Part shown: one piece after another, positions 14,274 through 27,199 of the stretch
Layout of the letters: every line of letters begins with the position of its first letter
Position numbering within the stretch: the first letter of the stretch is position 1
DNA from: Squalus acanthias
Lineage: Eukaryota
Direction: 5' to 3'
Length of the DNA: 64,000 nt
Assembly (NCBI GenBank): GCA_030390025.1
Contig: CM059432.1
Span: 153,884,001 to 153,948,000 of the forward strand
The notes under the pieces: model-generated
What the model saw: only the letters and a program-made list of their open reading frames with translations
Told to the model about the DNA's origin: nothing
Database searches by the model: none
Made by a program: the position numbers and the translations under genes

Positions 14274-14585
14274 GGAGCAACACGGTGGCATAGTGGTTAG
14301 CACTGTTGCCTCACAGCGCCAGGGACCCGGGTTCGAATCCGGCCTCGGGTGACTGTCTGTGTGGAGTTTGCACATTCTCCCCGTGTCTGCGTGGGTTTCC
14401 TCCGGGTGCTCCGGTTTCCTCCCACAGTCCAAAGATGTGCGGGTTAGGTTGATTTGGCTATGATAAATTGACCCTTAGTGTTAGGGGGATTAAATACGTG
14501 GGGTTACGGGGATAGGGTGGGATATGTGTCGGTGCAGGCTCGATGGGCCGAAATGGCCTCTATCTGCACTGTGGGGATTCTGTGA
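14274..14585 (+). mobile_element. HE1-like tRNA-derived V-SINE, near full length
   Basis: A box GGTGGCATAGTGG, B box GGTTCGAATCC, V-domain TGTGTGGAGTTTGCACATTCTCCCCGTGTCTGCGTGGGTTTCCTCCGGGTGCTCCGGTTTCCTCCCACA, CR1-like tail GATGGGCCGAAATGGCCTC. Confidence 0.9.
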
Positions 14586-15593
14586 TCACTAAAGCAACAA
14601 GCATGCATCCACGCTGGTTCAAGCTAATGGCCAGAGGACCTCACTCTCCCAGTTGGATAAGGATGCTATGAGATGACAACAGATGGCGCTGCAAGCAGTC
14701 CGATGACATGGCACCTGTACAGGTGAGTACCAGCAACTTTTGTCCTATTGATGAATAGTGAATATATGTGAACCCGGAAAGGCAGTAGGTTTGAGGGTGT
14801 CTACACATACCCTGAACTGGGGAAACCAGCCAACATTTGTCTCTAAAATGTGAACAGGATAGGGATTAGAAACAGAAAACGTTAAAGGAAAGTAGAAGGG
14901 AACATTCATGGAATGGAAAACATTCCTGCCTCTGCAGTTCTGGCCTTGTTTTACCCAGCATGTTGGGATTTTCTCCAGGGTTCACCAAACTCCCCAAAGA
15001 AGTGAAAAATATTAAGTTCTTATTAAAAAAAATAAACTTGACCCTTACACCATCAGAGTAAACCTTCCTGTATTGCACAGAATTTATAGCATAGGAAGTC
15101 GTAATTCTGCCCATCATGCCTGTGCCAGTACTAACGCTTCAACTGGGATTATTTACTCTAATCCCATTTCCATGGCCTTTTCCCATACAGTCTATGGATC
15201 AATAGCCTCTTGTGGTAATGCATTGCATGTTCCAGTAACTGAGAAAATATCTAACTTGCCCCTTCATTCTTCTTGTAATAATCCTCAGTCTATGTCCCCC
15301 CGTCACAGATTCACCAACTAATGGAAACAAGTAGTCACTATTGATCCTCTAAAACCCTTCATAATTTTGAAACTTTCTATTAGATCTTTCCTTAACCTGT
15401 TTTGTTCCATTAGGAAAAAGAAAACAATTTTTCAAGCTTCCCTTCAAAACTATAACCTCTCATTTCTGGTACTAAAAGTTAAGAAAAATATTAGGATTAC
15501 TTAGGAACACAGAAATCTACAGGACTGGAAAAGACCGCCACGATCAATCTGGCTGGTCCCAGGGCCTAAAATGAGTTTTCAGTAATACACTTA

Positions 15594-15755
<162 letters not shown>

Positions 15756-17714
15756 TCAGTTCACAGTATGACTTTTCCCCAGCAAGTTTCCCCACTCTTG
15801 ACTTAGCTAAAATTAATATTTGCATTTCAATGCTAAATACAACTTCACCCACACAAGTAGAACATGATTGACAAACTTTTTTCCATTTTGCATTAGTGAG
15901 ATCTATTACTGTATGCCTGGGAGGATCAAATTAAGGCGCCTGCCACCTGGTGCAGGAGACACTGATCCAATAGTTGTTGCTTTTGAAGAACCAGACAGTA
16001 AAACACAATGTCTACAAGTTCAAATGCATTATTGACCTAGCCAACTGTGAAAAGTGATCCCTTTGAGGAGAAGCTAGGGTGCTGCCTCTTCTCATTGCTA
16101 TGATATTAACAGATATGGCTGCAGGGCAAATAATTGGTTATGCCGTGTAATATGCAGTCCCCTAGCAGTATTGTCTAGTAAATGGTGCCTCCACTTGAAT
16201 CCTCCTCCCCAGAGGGAGCCTGTCGAGGTCTCAGTGGGAGGAGCCCAAAGAAAATGGTGCAGATGGGGATTATATTCCAATAGGTTGAGGCGAGTTACTG
16301 ATCCCCTATAAGCTTAGCTTATTAAGAAATAGGCTTGGCCAATGGTTTAGGAGGCCTCCCATTTCCCGTAGGGGGATATTCACAATTTGTTTTGAGCATT
16401 ACTATAGCAGTGTGGTCTGAAGGGTATCCGGTGCTGGCTGACAATACTCTTGGTGCTCATCAGCTGTCAGCAGAGGAAATAGAAGGTCCTCAACATCACA
16501 CGGTGTCAGTAATGTTAAGTCATCAACAGATTCCAACGAGTCCATGGCATTGACTGACATAGTCCTTGGTACCAACTCGGCCTCGATTGCTTTTGAGATG
16601 CGTTCAGCATCATCCAACTGGGTGTAGCTGGAGTTAGAATCATAGAAATTTACGGCACGGAAGGTGGCCATTCGACTCATCGTTTGCGCACCGTTCTCAG
16701 GCTTAGTGTGCTGGGCTATGTTGTTCTGAATAATATTGGAAATACATGGTAGCTATTTCTTAGAGGTGAATTTCATGAACCAGATGCTAAGTTGACAAGT
16801 TACTGTATCATGTTTTGGTAACAATTAGGTTATCTCTTAGCCATGAGCATCTGTGATTGTGAATGGTCTACTGCATTTTGCACAGTATTGAAAGCTTTTG
16901 CCAGATGTTGAAGACATACTGATCCAAATATAAAAACCACGTTTGGCACTGGAGCAGGACATTTTCACATGCATACTTAGGTTCTGATGAAATCGTGTAT
17001 TATCAAGTTAGCACCTACTAGGTGTGTGGGGAAAGTGCAGAATGGGGAATGTTGATTTTGGTTTCAGAATTATTGAGAGTATCCATTTTAAAGTTCAATG
17101 TCATAACTATTGTCAATTGGAATTGTAAACAGGGTATTGAGAGAGAGAGAGAGCCTGGTGGCCTGAGCAAGAAATCAGTTTAGAAGTCGGCGGTGTAGGT
17201 GCTTTTAATAGACCACGCGGGGCAGCAAGCAAGCTTATCCAGGGCATGGATGCTCAAGTTTTTGTCTTCATGGGCTGCATGGTGTATACCATAGTACCAT
17301 AGAACCTTGCGGTCCAACTGTATAAAGTTGCTGATATTAACAGACGTTGGCATTCTGATTTAAGATTTATCCACCAATGAAGGAACAGTACCAAGAGCCA
17401 TGCTTGCCAAACCACCAGGCCCACAAAATTAAAATAGGACAAACCAGGAAGCAAGAAATATAAATGCAAATATGACTGAACTGCTAGGGTTCGAGTTCTG
17501 TAGGTGGCCATAGATGGTTATTACATAATGCAGAATGACAGCAGGCGGAGGTTTAAGTTACTTTTATTTTTCCCTGAATAATTTTATTGCATTACCTTTC
17601 GGAGATTAACACTTAGGGGAACAAGAGCAGAGTTAATTAGGAGTGTCAACACTGACTGCAAATGCTAGGATGAAGATTGAATTTTACGGCAATGTTGAAC
17701 GACATCAACACCTA

Positions 17715-17810
<96 letters not shown>

Positions 17811-17906
17811 TTAGTTTTAAGCACCTACATGCTCATATTTATTTAAAAGATGACAGAACACTTCTCTATATGATTATTCTGACAGCCAGCAAATATGAAT
17901 CACTTA

Positions 17907-18044
<138 letters not shown>

Positions 18045-19644
18045 TCAGTACCACCAAAATCTAAGGAACTTTGAGGTAAGCAAAACAAGTGAAAGGTTAC
18101 AACGACAGAGCAAAACACGCTCAATCAATGGCAAAAACAAATCAGATTTTTTTTCTCTCAACGCAAGTATAACCTTAAAATTCACAATTTACCAGGCCCT
18201 CTCAAGACAGCATAAAACATACCCACATTTTCTTCTTCCTCTTTAATCTGTACTTCTACAACATTTGTGGTGACTTCGTGAATCTTGATTCCATTAATTT
18301 TCATCTGCTGTCCCACTGCTTCTCTTTGGAGCCCAAGGTTCTCCACTGATAAAACTACCTCTAACAAGCTTAGTTTCCTGTTTGTGCCCGCACAACTTTT
18401 AATTCTATAAAAATCCAAATTCATTCAAAATCTTAATAGTGATCCAACATCTGGAGAGGATCTTTACCATCCATTGCACACACCTGGACAAGATGCAAGG
18501 AGAAGCCTACCGTCCAATATGCAATTACTCTCTCACGTCTAGCCTCCACTGCTCTCACTCCTTTTCCAACCAGTGTTGTCTTTCTTTTTAATCAATAGGA
18601 TGAACTGTGCTCCTGTGAAATTTCCTTTTGAGTTCCATCTAAGTTCCAAATACAGCGCCGTATACAGTCTTCCTCCTTGCATCAGCCGCACTGTGTTGAA
18701 GTGAAGACTCATTGCACCATCTCCTACTCATCTTTTCTCAGGGACCTCAGGCTTTTAAAACCTAAGGGTGGAATCTTGTAATCATTACTTCTTGATATGC
18801 CTCATCTTCCCTTTTACTATTTCAAACTTGGTGGTATCCTGCACTAGGGACCTTAGCCCTTCACCTTGGTTTCTCAATTAGAAAACCTGCCTTTCTTTTT
18901 CCTCTTGCAAGAACTGCTGTGCAAATTAGGATGTGTGCAATCTTTAATACTCTAAATGAGAGTGAAAGATTTCAGAGTGCTTGAAAATGATGGGTAATTA
19001 TACAGGACAGCAACATACCCACTTTGTTCAGTATTATAATAGTTAATGATCCAGCTGAAAATTCATAGGCACAAGACAAAAATAATTAAGGATAAGTACA
19101 TAATTACTATTTCTCACCCCCACCCCCCAGGTGGGGGTGAGAAACACCCGGGGGTTGTGAAAAGTACTATATAAATGCAAGTTCTTTCCTTAAATACATC
19201 AGTTCCAGGGCTAGTGCCTGTGACTATATCACAATCTTTGAAAAAAAGTTTTGGGGAGCGGTTGGGAAAGGAGGTGGTCAGTAAGTATCCACGTTATGCA
19301 TCTATGATTTGTTACTTGTATGAAAAAATACATATACTTGTTAACACAAGTAAGCAGAGGCCAGGGCCAGCGCATTGTCCGTTGTGAAAGGGAAATTAAA
19401 TAAAGTAATCTCCAAAACAAACAAACAAACACGCACATCTCCAAGCAACCTCATCAGCAGAAAGCTTACAAATGGTCAGCGACACACTCAGCAGTCGGAT
19501 ATGCATGACACAGAAGGCCAGTGAACTCGAGAATGAAAGAAATTCTAGAATAGGTTCTCAGACTTCTGCACAAAGTAAAGGCCTCTTTAGTGCTAATTTA
19601 GTACCAATTACAGGTAGTTTGGAGCGATGGGCTTGCATCCGTAT

Positions 19645-21750
19645 ACAGCACAGGAGGCAGCTATTTGCCCCATCGTGCCTCTGCTGGCTCTTTGCTAGAG
19701 CTATCCAATTAGCGCAGAGGTGTGGGACTTTCTCCACAGCCCTGTAATTTTTTTCCCCTTTAAGTATTTATCAAATTCCCTTTTGAATGTTAATGAATCT
19801 GCTTCCACCGCCCTTTCACACAGTGCATTCCAGATCATAAAAAAATGTTTCATGTCGCTTCGGGTTCTCTTGCCAAACATCTTAAATCTGTGTCCTCTGG
19901 TTACTGACCTTCCTGCCACTAAAAACAGTTTCTCCTTATTTACTCTAACAAAACAGTTCATGAGTTTGAGCACCTCTATCAAATCTCCTTTTAACCTTCT
20001 CTGCTCCAAGGAAAACAACCCCAGCTTCTCCAGTCCCTGCACATAACTGAAGTATTTCATTCCTGGAAGCTCCTCATCCCTGGTACCAGTCAAGCAAATC
20101 TCTTCTGCACCCTCCCTAAGGCCTTGGCATCCTTCCTAAAGTTTGGTGTGCAGATTTGAACACAATACTCCAGCTGAGGCCTAACCAGTGTTTTATAAAG
20201 GTTTAGCATAACTTCCATGCTTTTGTACTCTATGCCTCTATTAATAAAGCCAAGAATCCCATATGCTTTAACAATCTTCACAACTTTTCCTGCCACCTTC
20301 AAAGATTTGTATACATACACCCCCAGGTCTTTCTGTTCCTGCACCCCTTAAAAATTGTACCATTTAGTTTATATTGCCTCTCCTCATTCTTGCCATCAAA
20401 ATGTATTATTTCTCACTTCTCTGTTAAATTTCATCTGCCATGTGTCTGCCCATTTCATCATTGTGTCCTCCTGAAGTCTGTTATCATCCTCCACATTGTT
20501 TACTACATTTGTGTGTTTTGTGTCATCTGCAAACTTTGAAATTATGCCCAGTATACCCAAGTCCAGGTCATTAATATATATCAAAATGAGCAGTGGTCCG
20601 AATACCAACTCCTGGGGAACACCACTGCATTCTTCCCTGCAGTCCGAAAAAAAATTTTCACCACTATTTTGGGCTTTCTGTCGATAGCCAATTTTGTATC
20701 CACGCTACCACTGTCCCTTTAATCCCATGGGCTTTAATTTTCCGAACAAGTCTGTTATGTGGTACGATATCAAATACCTTTTGAATGTCCATATACACAT
20801 TAACCCTCTCCAAAGAACTCAATTAACTTAGTCAAACACGATTTGCCTTTATCAAATCTATGATGACTTTGTTATTAGCCCATACTTTTCCAAGTGCCAA
20901 TTAATTTTGTCCCATATTATTGCCTCTAAATTTTCGCCACCACGTTAGGCTGACTGGCCTGTAATTGCCGGATTTATCCACTTCCCCTTTTTTGAACAGG
21001 GGTGTAATATTTGCAATCCGCCCCAAACATCAAAGGAGCATTGGAAGATTGTGGCCAGAGCCTTCGCAATTTCCACCCTTACTTCCTTCAGCAACCTAGG
21101 ATACATCCCATTCTAACCAGGTGACTTTTCTATTTTGAGTACTACATCTTTATTTTTATCCTACCCAATATCGCTACTACCTCCTCCTTTACTGCTACAT
21201 TGGCAGCATCCTCTTCTCTAGTAAAGACTAATGTGAAGTATTAATTTAGTACCTCAACCATACCCTCTGCCTCCACAAGAAGATTTCCCCTTTTGTTCCT
21301 AATCAGCCCCATCCTTCCTTTGACTACCCTTTTACTATTTGTGTGTTTATAAAAAGACTTTTGGGTTCCCCTTTTATGTTAGCCGCTAATCTATTCTCAT
21401 ACACTCTTTGTCCCTCTTATTTCATTTTTTAGATCTCCTCTGTACTTTCTGTAATCAGCTTGGTTCTCTACTGTATTATGAATCTGACATTTATCATAAG
21501 CCTTCTTTTTCTGTTTCATTTTAATCTCTATATCTTTAATCATCCAGGGAGCTCTAGCTTTGGATGCCCTTCCTTTCCCCTCATGGGAATATGTCTTGTC
21601 TGTACCCAAACAATCTCCTCTTTGAAGGCCTCCCATTCTCATTTACTGTTTTACCTGCCAATCTTTGATTCCAATCCTACTGGGCCAGATCTCTTTCTAA
21701 CTCACTGAAATTCGCCCTTTGCCAGTTAACATTTTTTGCGCATGATTGTT
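19645..21750 (-). mobile_element. CR1-type LINE fragment in CDK13 intron 7
   Basis: IYINDLDLG...KFADDTK and LYKTLVRPQLEYC; same subfamily as 1790-3830 and 29085-30880. Confidence 0.9.
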
Positions 21751-21843
21751 ACTTGTTCACTAGGACCTTTACTGTATATGTGGACTTTTGAATGCTAGAA
21801 TGATTAAATTCCAAGTTTTTGCAAAAATAAGGGGAATATACTA

Positions 21844-22207
21844 CAGGAAACTCTTTATTAACCGGCACCGACGGGACCGGCGTGGTGCCGGTTAATCAAA
21901 AAGTCCGGATAACGGAGAGTTATATCTCCCAACGTACGAGAGCCCCGTACACACTGACATGCGCCTGCATTCGGAGCTCCGTCTCCCCGGGGACCGCCAG
22001 CTGACCATCTGTCGTGTCCGCTGCCTACCCGGGCTGCACATTCCCCTCCCAATCTACACGCTCTGATACAAGGCAAACGCCTCGGGGTTTTTTTTAAAGT
22101 TATTTTTAAAGGAGAGATGAAGGAAAACCCCGGTTACCTACTCAAGAATTTTGCCGGTTAAGAGAGATTTCCGGTTATTTGGGTGCCGGTTAAAAGAGAG
22201 TTTCCTG
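21844..22207. mobile_element. Tc1/mariner (pogo/Tigger-like) MITE, 364 bp
   Basis: TIRs CAGGAAACTCTTTATTAACCGGCACC / GGTGCCGGTTAAAAGAGAGTTTCCTG flanked by TA; CpG-rich interior suggests a young copy. Confidence 0.85.
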
Positions 22208-22696
22208 TAGTTTGCATCTACAATCACGCCTGGTTAAAAAGCAGTGAAGTCACATCTGTTGACGCGCAAACTCCAAAACGGATAGGTTGAATTCCTGATA
22301 TTTGAAAAGAAAGATTTGCTGTGTTGATGGTGCACTAGACAAGTTCCTCATCTACATAATTGGTGCAAATTTCCTTTATAAATTGCATTAAGTGAAGACA
22401 GCGTGGAATACATTGTCAATTTATACCTGAAGCTCACTGCATTACAACAGAGCTCACAACTTTCCAGTGTTAATGCTTTACTAATGATAGTTTTTAATGA
22501 TCGTTTTTTTCAACTGGCCAAAAACTTCAAAACAGAGATCGATTTTTGTTAGGCAAGGGTATTAAGGGATATGGAGCAAAGGTACAGATCAGCCATGATC
22601 TAATTGAATGGCGGAACAGGCTCAAGGGGCTATTCTTCAGAAGGTTCCAGCATTTTAAAGCTGATATGAAATGTTATACTTTATAATGCCACATAC

Positions 22697-22753
22697 CTTT
22701 CCTCCGAGTTGTACAGTCGAGCTAGCCCAAAATCAGCAAGTTTTATCTGCCCC
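22697..22753 (-). CDS. CDK13: CDK13 exon 7 (57 nt; DFG motif)
   Basis: GQIKLADFGLARLYNSEE; CACCAG acceptor, AG|GTATGT donor; not represented in the ORF track. Confidence 0.95.
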
Positions 22754-23869
22754 CTGGTGGCAAAGAAAATTACATTCAATTAAAGGTAGTGTGTTAAACT
22801 TCAAGGTTTTTAATCTTTACATTTATTTTGGTCGTTTGAACACTACATTTGGGACATGGTACTAGTATCATCAGTATTTTGAATACACCAACAGCACAAT
22901 GCAATTTTAAAAATGGTCAAACAATTAACAATTTTATAATTTTAATACAATAAATTTTATAGTACATATATAAAATACAACAAACTTAAGAAAAAGTTGT
23001 AAAAATTATAGTTCTAGACACCGTAAAGAGCTTATGATTGGCATCTCCTAAAATGAGAATTGGGAATGCAATATTCAAAAAATTTATTACAGTCCCAACA
23101 GATCTGCAGAAAGGAAGCTTTTTTTTTGTATTTTAAGCACCGTGTAGTTAATGAAGCATAACCAAAGCAACATCTTGATCTTTAAAATGCTAGCACATTA
23201 AGTGCAACCATAGTTAGAAGTTCGGAGAATAAAACTAGGATTATAAAAAAATTACATTTCCAGCAGACTCGGGCAATGGAAAAACATGTACTCAACAGGG
23301 AAACCAAATCAAGAATATTTTCCTTCTATTTTTAACCCTTTACCCATTCTCTCCTGAAGCCAACTCTTGATGGAGCAGTTCTTCAGGCAGCTGCTTTCAC
23401 ATACTCCATACAATTGCCTCACCAGCAAGCTCTGGCCTGTGCGTGCGAGAGAGGGAGCAAGGTAGAACGGTATAGGGACATCAAGAGAAAAAGTGCAAGC
23501 AAGCAAGGTGGGAGGGGGCGGGGTGGGGAAAGAGAAGGAACGAAGGAAGAGAGGTTGGGGGGGGAGAAATGGAGACCAAGAGGAGAGATGGCTTGTGAGA
23601 AGTATTGGAAGGAGTGAGAGACCAATTGGTGGGAGGAGAGAGAAAAAGAGGGGAAGGAGAGGAGGGATTGCCCCTCCCCTTGTTCTCCCAAAAGATAGAA
23701 AAATCACAATGCAGACCAATGCATAAAAGCTAAAACCACTTGATCAAATACACAGAAGCCAAATAATACAGCAAGATATTGAATCAGCACAATACTTAAA
23801 ACAAAATTGGAATCTTCACATCAGATTGCTAGACAGAACTAAAGCCTATGAATGTGACCCAGACTTAAT

Positions 23870-24611
23870 GGGCCGAAAATTGATCCCGGGACGCGAGAGT
23901 ACGCACTGCATACTCTCGCGTATTCCCACTCCAATTGCCGGTTTTCTGCATGCCCTGCGCATGCGCTGAAAACCGGCAATTGCTCTTCCGAAAAGGGGGC
24001 GGGGCCGGAGTGCATCGCGTGCGCGCTACAGGCTGCGCGCACGCTGTGCACTTCATGCTTTGGACGCGCAGGTAAGTACTGAAGATTTTGGAAATGTAAA
24101 AAGGAGGAGTAAGACCCGCTTTTAAGAAGGTAAGTAGTGAATTAAGTATTTTTTTGAATTTTTTTTTACAGGTATATCTTTTTTATAGACTTTAAAGACA
24201 GGTAAGTTTATTTTTATAACTTTTTAAAAGATTTAAATTTTTTCAAAAATTTAATTTTTTATTTAAAATGGTTAATTTAATTAACTATACTTATTTTATT
24301 AATGTGATGGGTTTTTTTTTAATTTAATTGAGGTTTAGCTGTTATTTTGGGGGGGTGTAAGATTCATAAGTCTCTCAGCCATGCTGTGAGACTTATGAAT
24401 GGAAGATGGTGTGCTGCCATTGGCTCTAACTGAGTCACGTGATCCCACAGCTCGCACGAATTAACTACGCCGCTGGGATACGCAAGCCCAGCACAGCTGA
24501 TGTCTGGAACATCAATTTCGTGCGAGCTGGATCAGAAAAAGCATAAGCGAGGTGAGACATCGCGGGAAAGGCTTACCCCCGCGGGAACAGAGCGAGATCA
24601 ATTTCTGGGCC
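23870..24611. mobile_element. PIF/Harbinger-like non-autonomous element, 742 bp
   Basis: Imperfect TIRs GGGCCGAAAATTGATCCCG / CGAGATCAATTTCTGGGCC; 3-bp TSD AAT at 23867-23869 and 24612-24614. Confidence 0.7.
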
Positions 24612-24785
24612 AATGCCTCTGAAGTCAAAGCTGTCAATCACACGATTAACGACACAATGGTGCAAACTATTGAACAGAATGGGGAAGTGTAGATGTTCAC
24701 CAAACGCCTGGTTTGCAAAGCCTTGATCTCGTAAATTTAATTAGCACCTAGAACAAAGCCAGTGAACCTGGCTTGGTCCATAGAC

Positions 24786-25045
24786 GTCATGATGTGGAGA
24801 TGCCGGCGTTGGACTGGGGTGGACAAAAATGAGAAGTCGCACAACACCAGGTTATAGTCCAACAGATTTATTTAATTTTACAAGCTTTCGGAGCTGTTCG
24901 CTCCTTCTTCAGGTAGGGTAGCTGTGAGAGAATCTCCCAGAATTCACAAAGCTACCCTACCTGAAGAAGGAGCGAACAGCTCCGAAAGCTTGTAAAATTA
25001 AATAAATCTGTTGGACTATAACCTGGTGTTGTGCGACTTCTCATT
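24786..25045 (-). mobile_element. Non-autonomous Penelope-like (pLTR-derived) fold-back insertion with 13-bp TSD
   Basis: Perfect 98-bp inverted arms at 24826-24923 and 24950-25047; direct repeat TTGGTCCATAGAC at 24773-24785 and 25046-25058; CTGAAGA...GAAA hammerhead-type core in each arm. Confidence 0.8.
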
Positions 25046-25409
25046 TTGGTCCATAGACAACTGTCTCCAACCTTAATTTTATCAGACTGCTTCTATTTTA
25101 AACTCAGTTTCAGAACTGCACAAGATAAAATACAGATTTTGTCAAAGGAGAAGTGGGGGGGGAGTGGAATAAATCCTAGCTAAGCTGAATCCTGTTCTCA
25201 AAAGCATTGACACACAATTCAAAATCAATAGCACTTCCTCCCCTACCCAAAAAAGCCAATCTACCGGCAACAGCCAATTTAACTCAAACACTTGAGACCT
25301 TTATATGAATCATTGCTACACCACACAGCACATTTACCCAGTGCCACTGGAGAGAACATGGAAAACAGAACTTACTCAATTAACTAGAAAGACTATTCAC
25401 AAGTAAAAA

Positions 25410-25625
25410 GAAAACAGAAAAGGCTGGTAACACTCAGGTCAGGCAGTATCAATAAAGAAAGGAAAAATGCTAGCATTTGTGTAACCCTTCATCAGAATGG
25501 AACAAAGGGTTATACCTGATACGTTAACATTTTTCCTTTCTTTACAGATGCTGCCTGACCTGCTTAGTGTTTCCAACATGTTGTTTTTGTTTCAGAATTC
25601 TAGCATGTGCAATATTTTATTTTTT
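25410..25625. mobile_element. Degenerate inverted pair of Penelope-type pLTR remnants
   Basis: CAGGTCAGGCAGTATC ... GATGCTGCCTGACCTG imperfect fold-back, homologous to 9103-9200. Confidence 0.55.
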
Positions 25626-26294
25626 GTCACAAGCAAAGTATCTGGATTACTTAAGTCTATATTCCACAGTTCAATTCCGCTCATTACTATCATTGCATTC
25701 TATTTTATTCATTATTCAAAGTGCCTTCATTATTTACACCATAAGTCTACATTCCAGAGTTCAGTTCCAATCGTCCATATTTTTGTCAATTTTCTCTCTC
25801 CTTTTGAAGGTGCCCATCACCTTCTGTACCATGCCAAAGTCATGTGTACGCTAGACAGGGAATGCTGGTAGGCAATTCATCCATGGGGAACATCATAGCT
25901 GAGCCATTCACACACATACTTTCCAGCAGCAGGTACTAGACAGCGACCAGGAGCAGCAACTCTTGGCTGATTTCCCCTCCTTAATTCATGTGCACCGAGG
26001 CCAATTGTGCCATTCCTACTGCCATCCAGGCTGACAGCAGCCAATTCAACAGACTAAAACAATAACAATACTTGTTTTACATAATAAAAAATGAAAAAGA
26101 GCATCGACTTTTGATTGAAATGTATTTTTCACATAAGGATAGGACCATCAGCAGATGAGGCAAAGATCAGATGGGTAGTTAAGTGACTTGGGACATTTTT
26201 ACAACTTTAAAAGGCACTATATAAATGCAAGTTGTTGTTGTATGATCCCTTTAAATGCACTGGATACAGTAGCCTAATGAGAGGTAGTAAGGTA

Positions 26295-26660
26295 TGGTAA
26301 TTTAGTGGTTATATTACTGGACTAGTAATCCAGAAAATGCGAGTTTAAAATCACACTGTGGCAGTTGAGACTTGGAATTCAGTTTAAACAATCTGGAAAT
26401 AAAAAGCTGGTATCAGTAAGCTGTCGGATTGTTGTAAAACCCCAAATGGTTTACTAATGTCCTTTAGGGAAGGAAACCTGCCATCCTTACCTGGTCTGGC
26501 CTATACATGACAACAATCCCACACCAATGTGGTTGACTATTAACAAGCAAGCCACTCAGTTGTATCAAAAGAAAGCCCACCAACACCTTCTCAGGGCAAT
26601 TAGGGATAGGCAATAATTGCTTTGCCAGCAATGCCTACTCGGAGAATGAATTAAAAAAAA
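26295..26660 (+). mobile_element. tRNA-like SINE (GTGGT..TACTGGACTAGTAATCCAGA head) with a LINE-derived tail; second copy at 31675-31995
   Basis: The two copies are homologous; the tail CACCTTCTCAGGGCAATTAGGGAT matches the LINE 3' end at 33305-33850. Confidence 0.65.
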
Positions 26661-27199
26661 AGCAACTAACCAACAATTCACATATTCCAAAATTTTTTGT
26701 TCCAAAATGGAGTCAGTTTAAAGGGTGAACAATGTCTCAGCAGCAAATTTCAAGCATTCCAAATCTGTTAAGAATGAGGATGAGCCACAATTTAAATACA
26801 GAACAAGGCCACTCCTACCATTAAACTATCTTCCAAACAGACCATGCACACACAACCTGCACAAAGGCAGGGGGATTAACTATAGGTCAACTTCTAAGGT
26901 GGTAGACTAAAATGCCCACTCAATGCACCCTAAGGTAACTAGGTGATAGTAGGGACCAGATCTAAAATGGCCGTGATGGAAACACACAATTAAGTATACT
27001 GGCAACAAGAACATACCAGTTCATATCTTTAATACAAGATTACCTAGCGGCTACGACAGTACTCAGCACCAGGGGAAAAAACTTGCTGCTCAGATGAATG
27101 CTCCTCTCAGAACCACAACAAGTGGAGGATGAGAGGACTTGTGCCAGATTGGCACTCCATCTGGAACAAATCAACTGACAAACACAATCAAAGAAAGAA

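Noticed and set aside
14281-14350. tRNA gene
   Set aside because: The A and B boxes are the head of a V-SINE and run straight into its V-domain.
16090-16680. Acidic 92-aa minus ORF and neighbouring coding-like sequence; similar unexplained stretches at 34230-34640 and 36600-37800
   Set aside because: No recognisable motifs or exon support; probably decayed repeats that cannot be classified without a database search.
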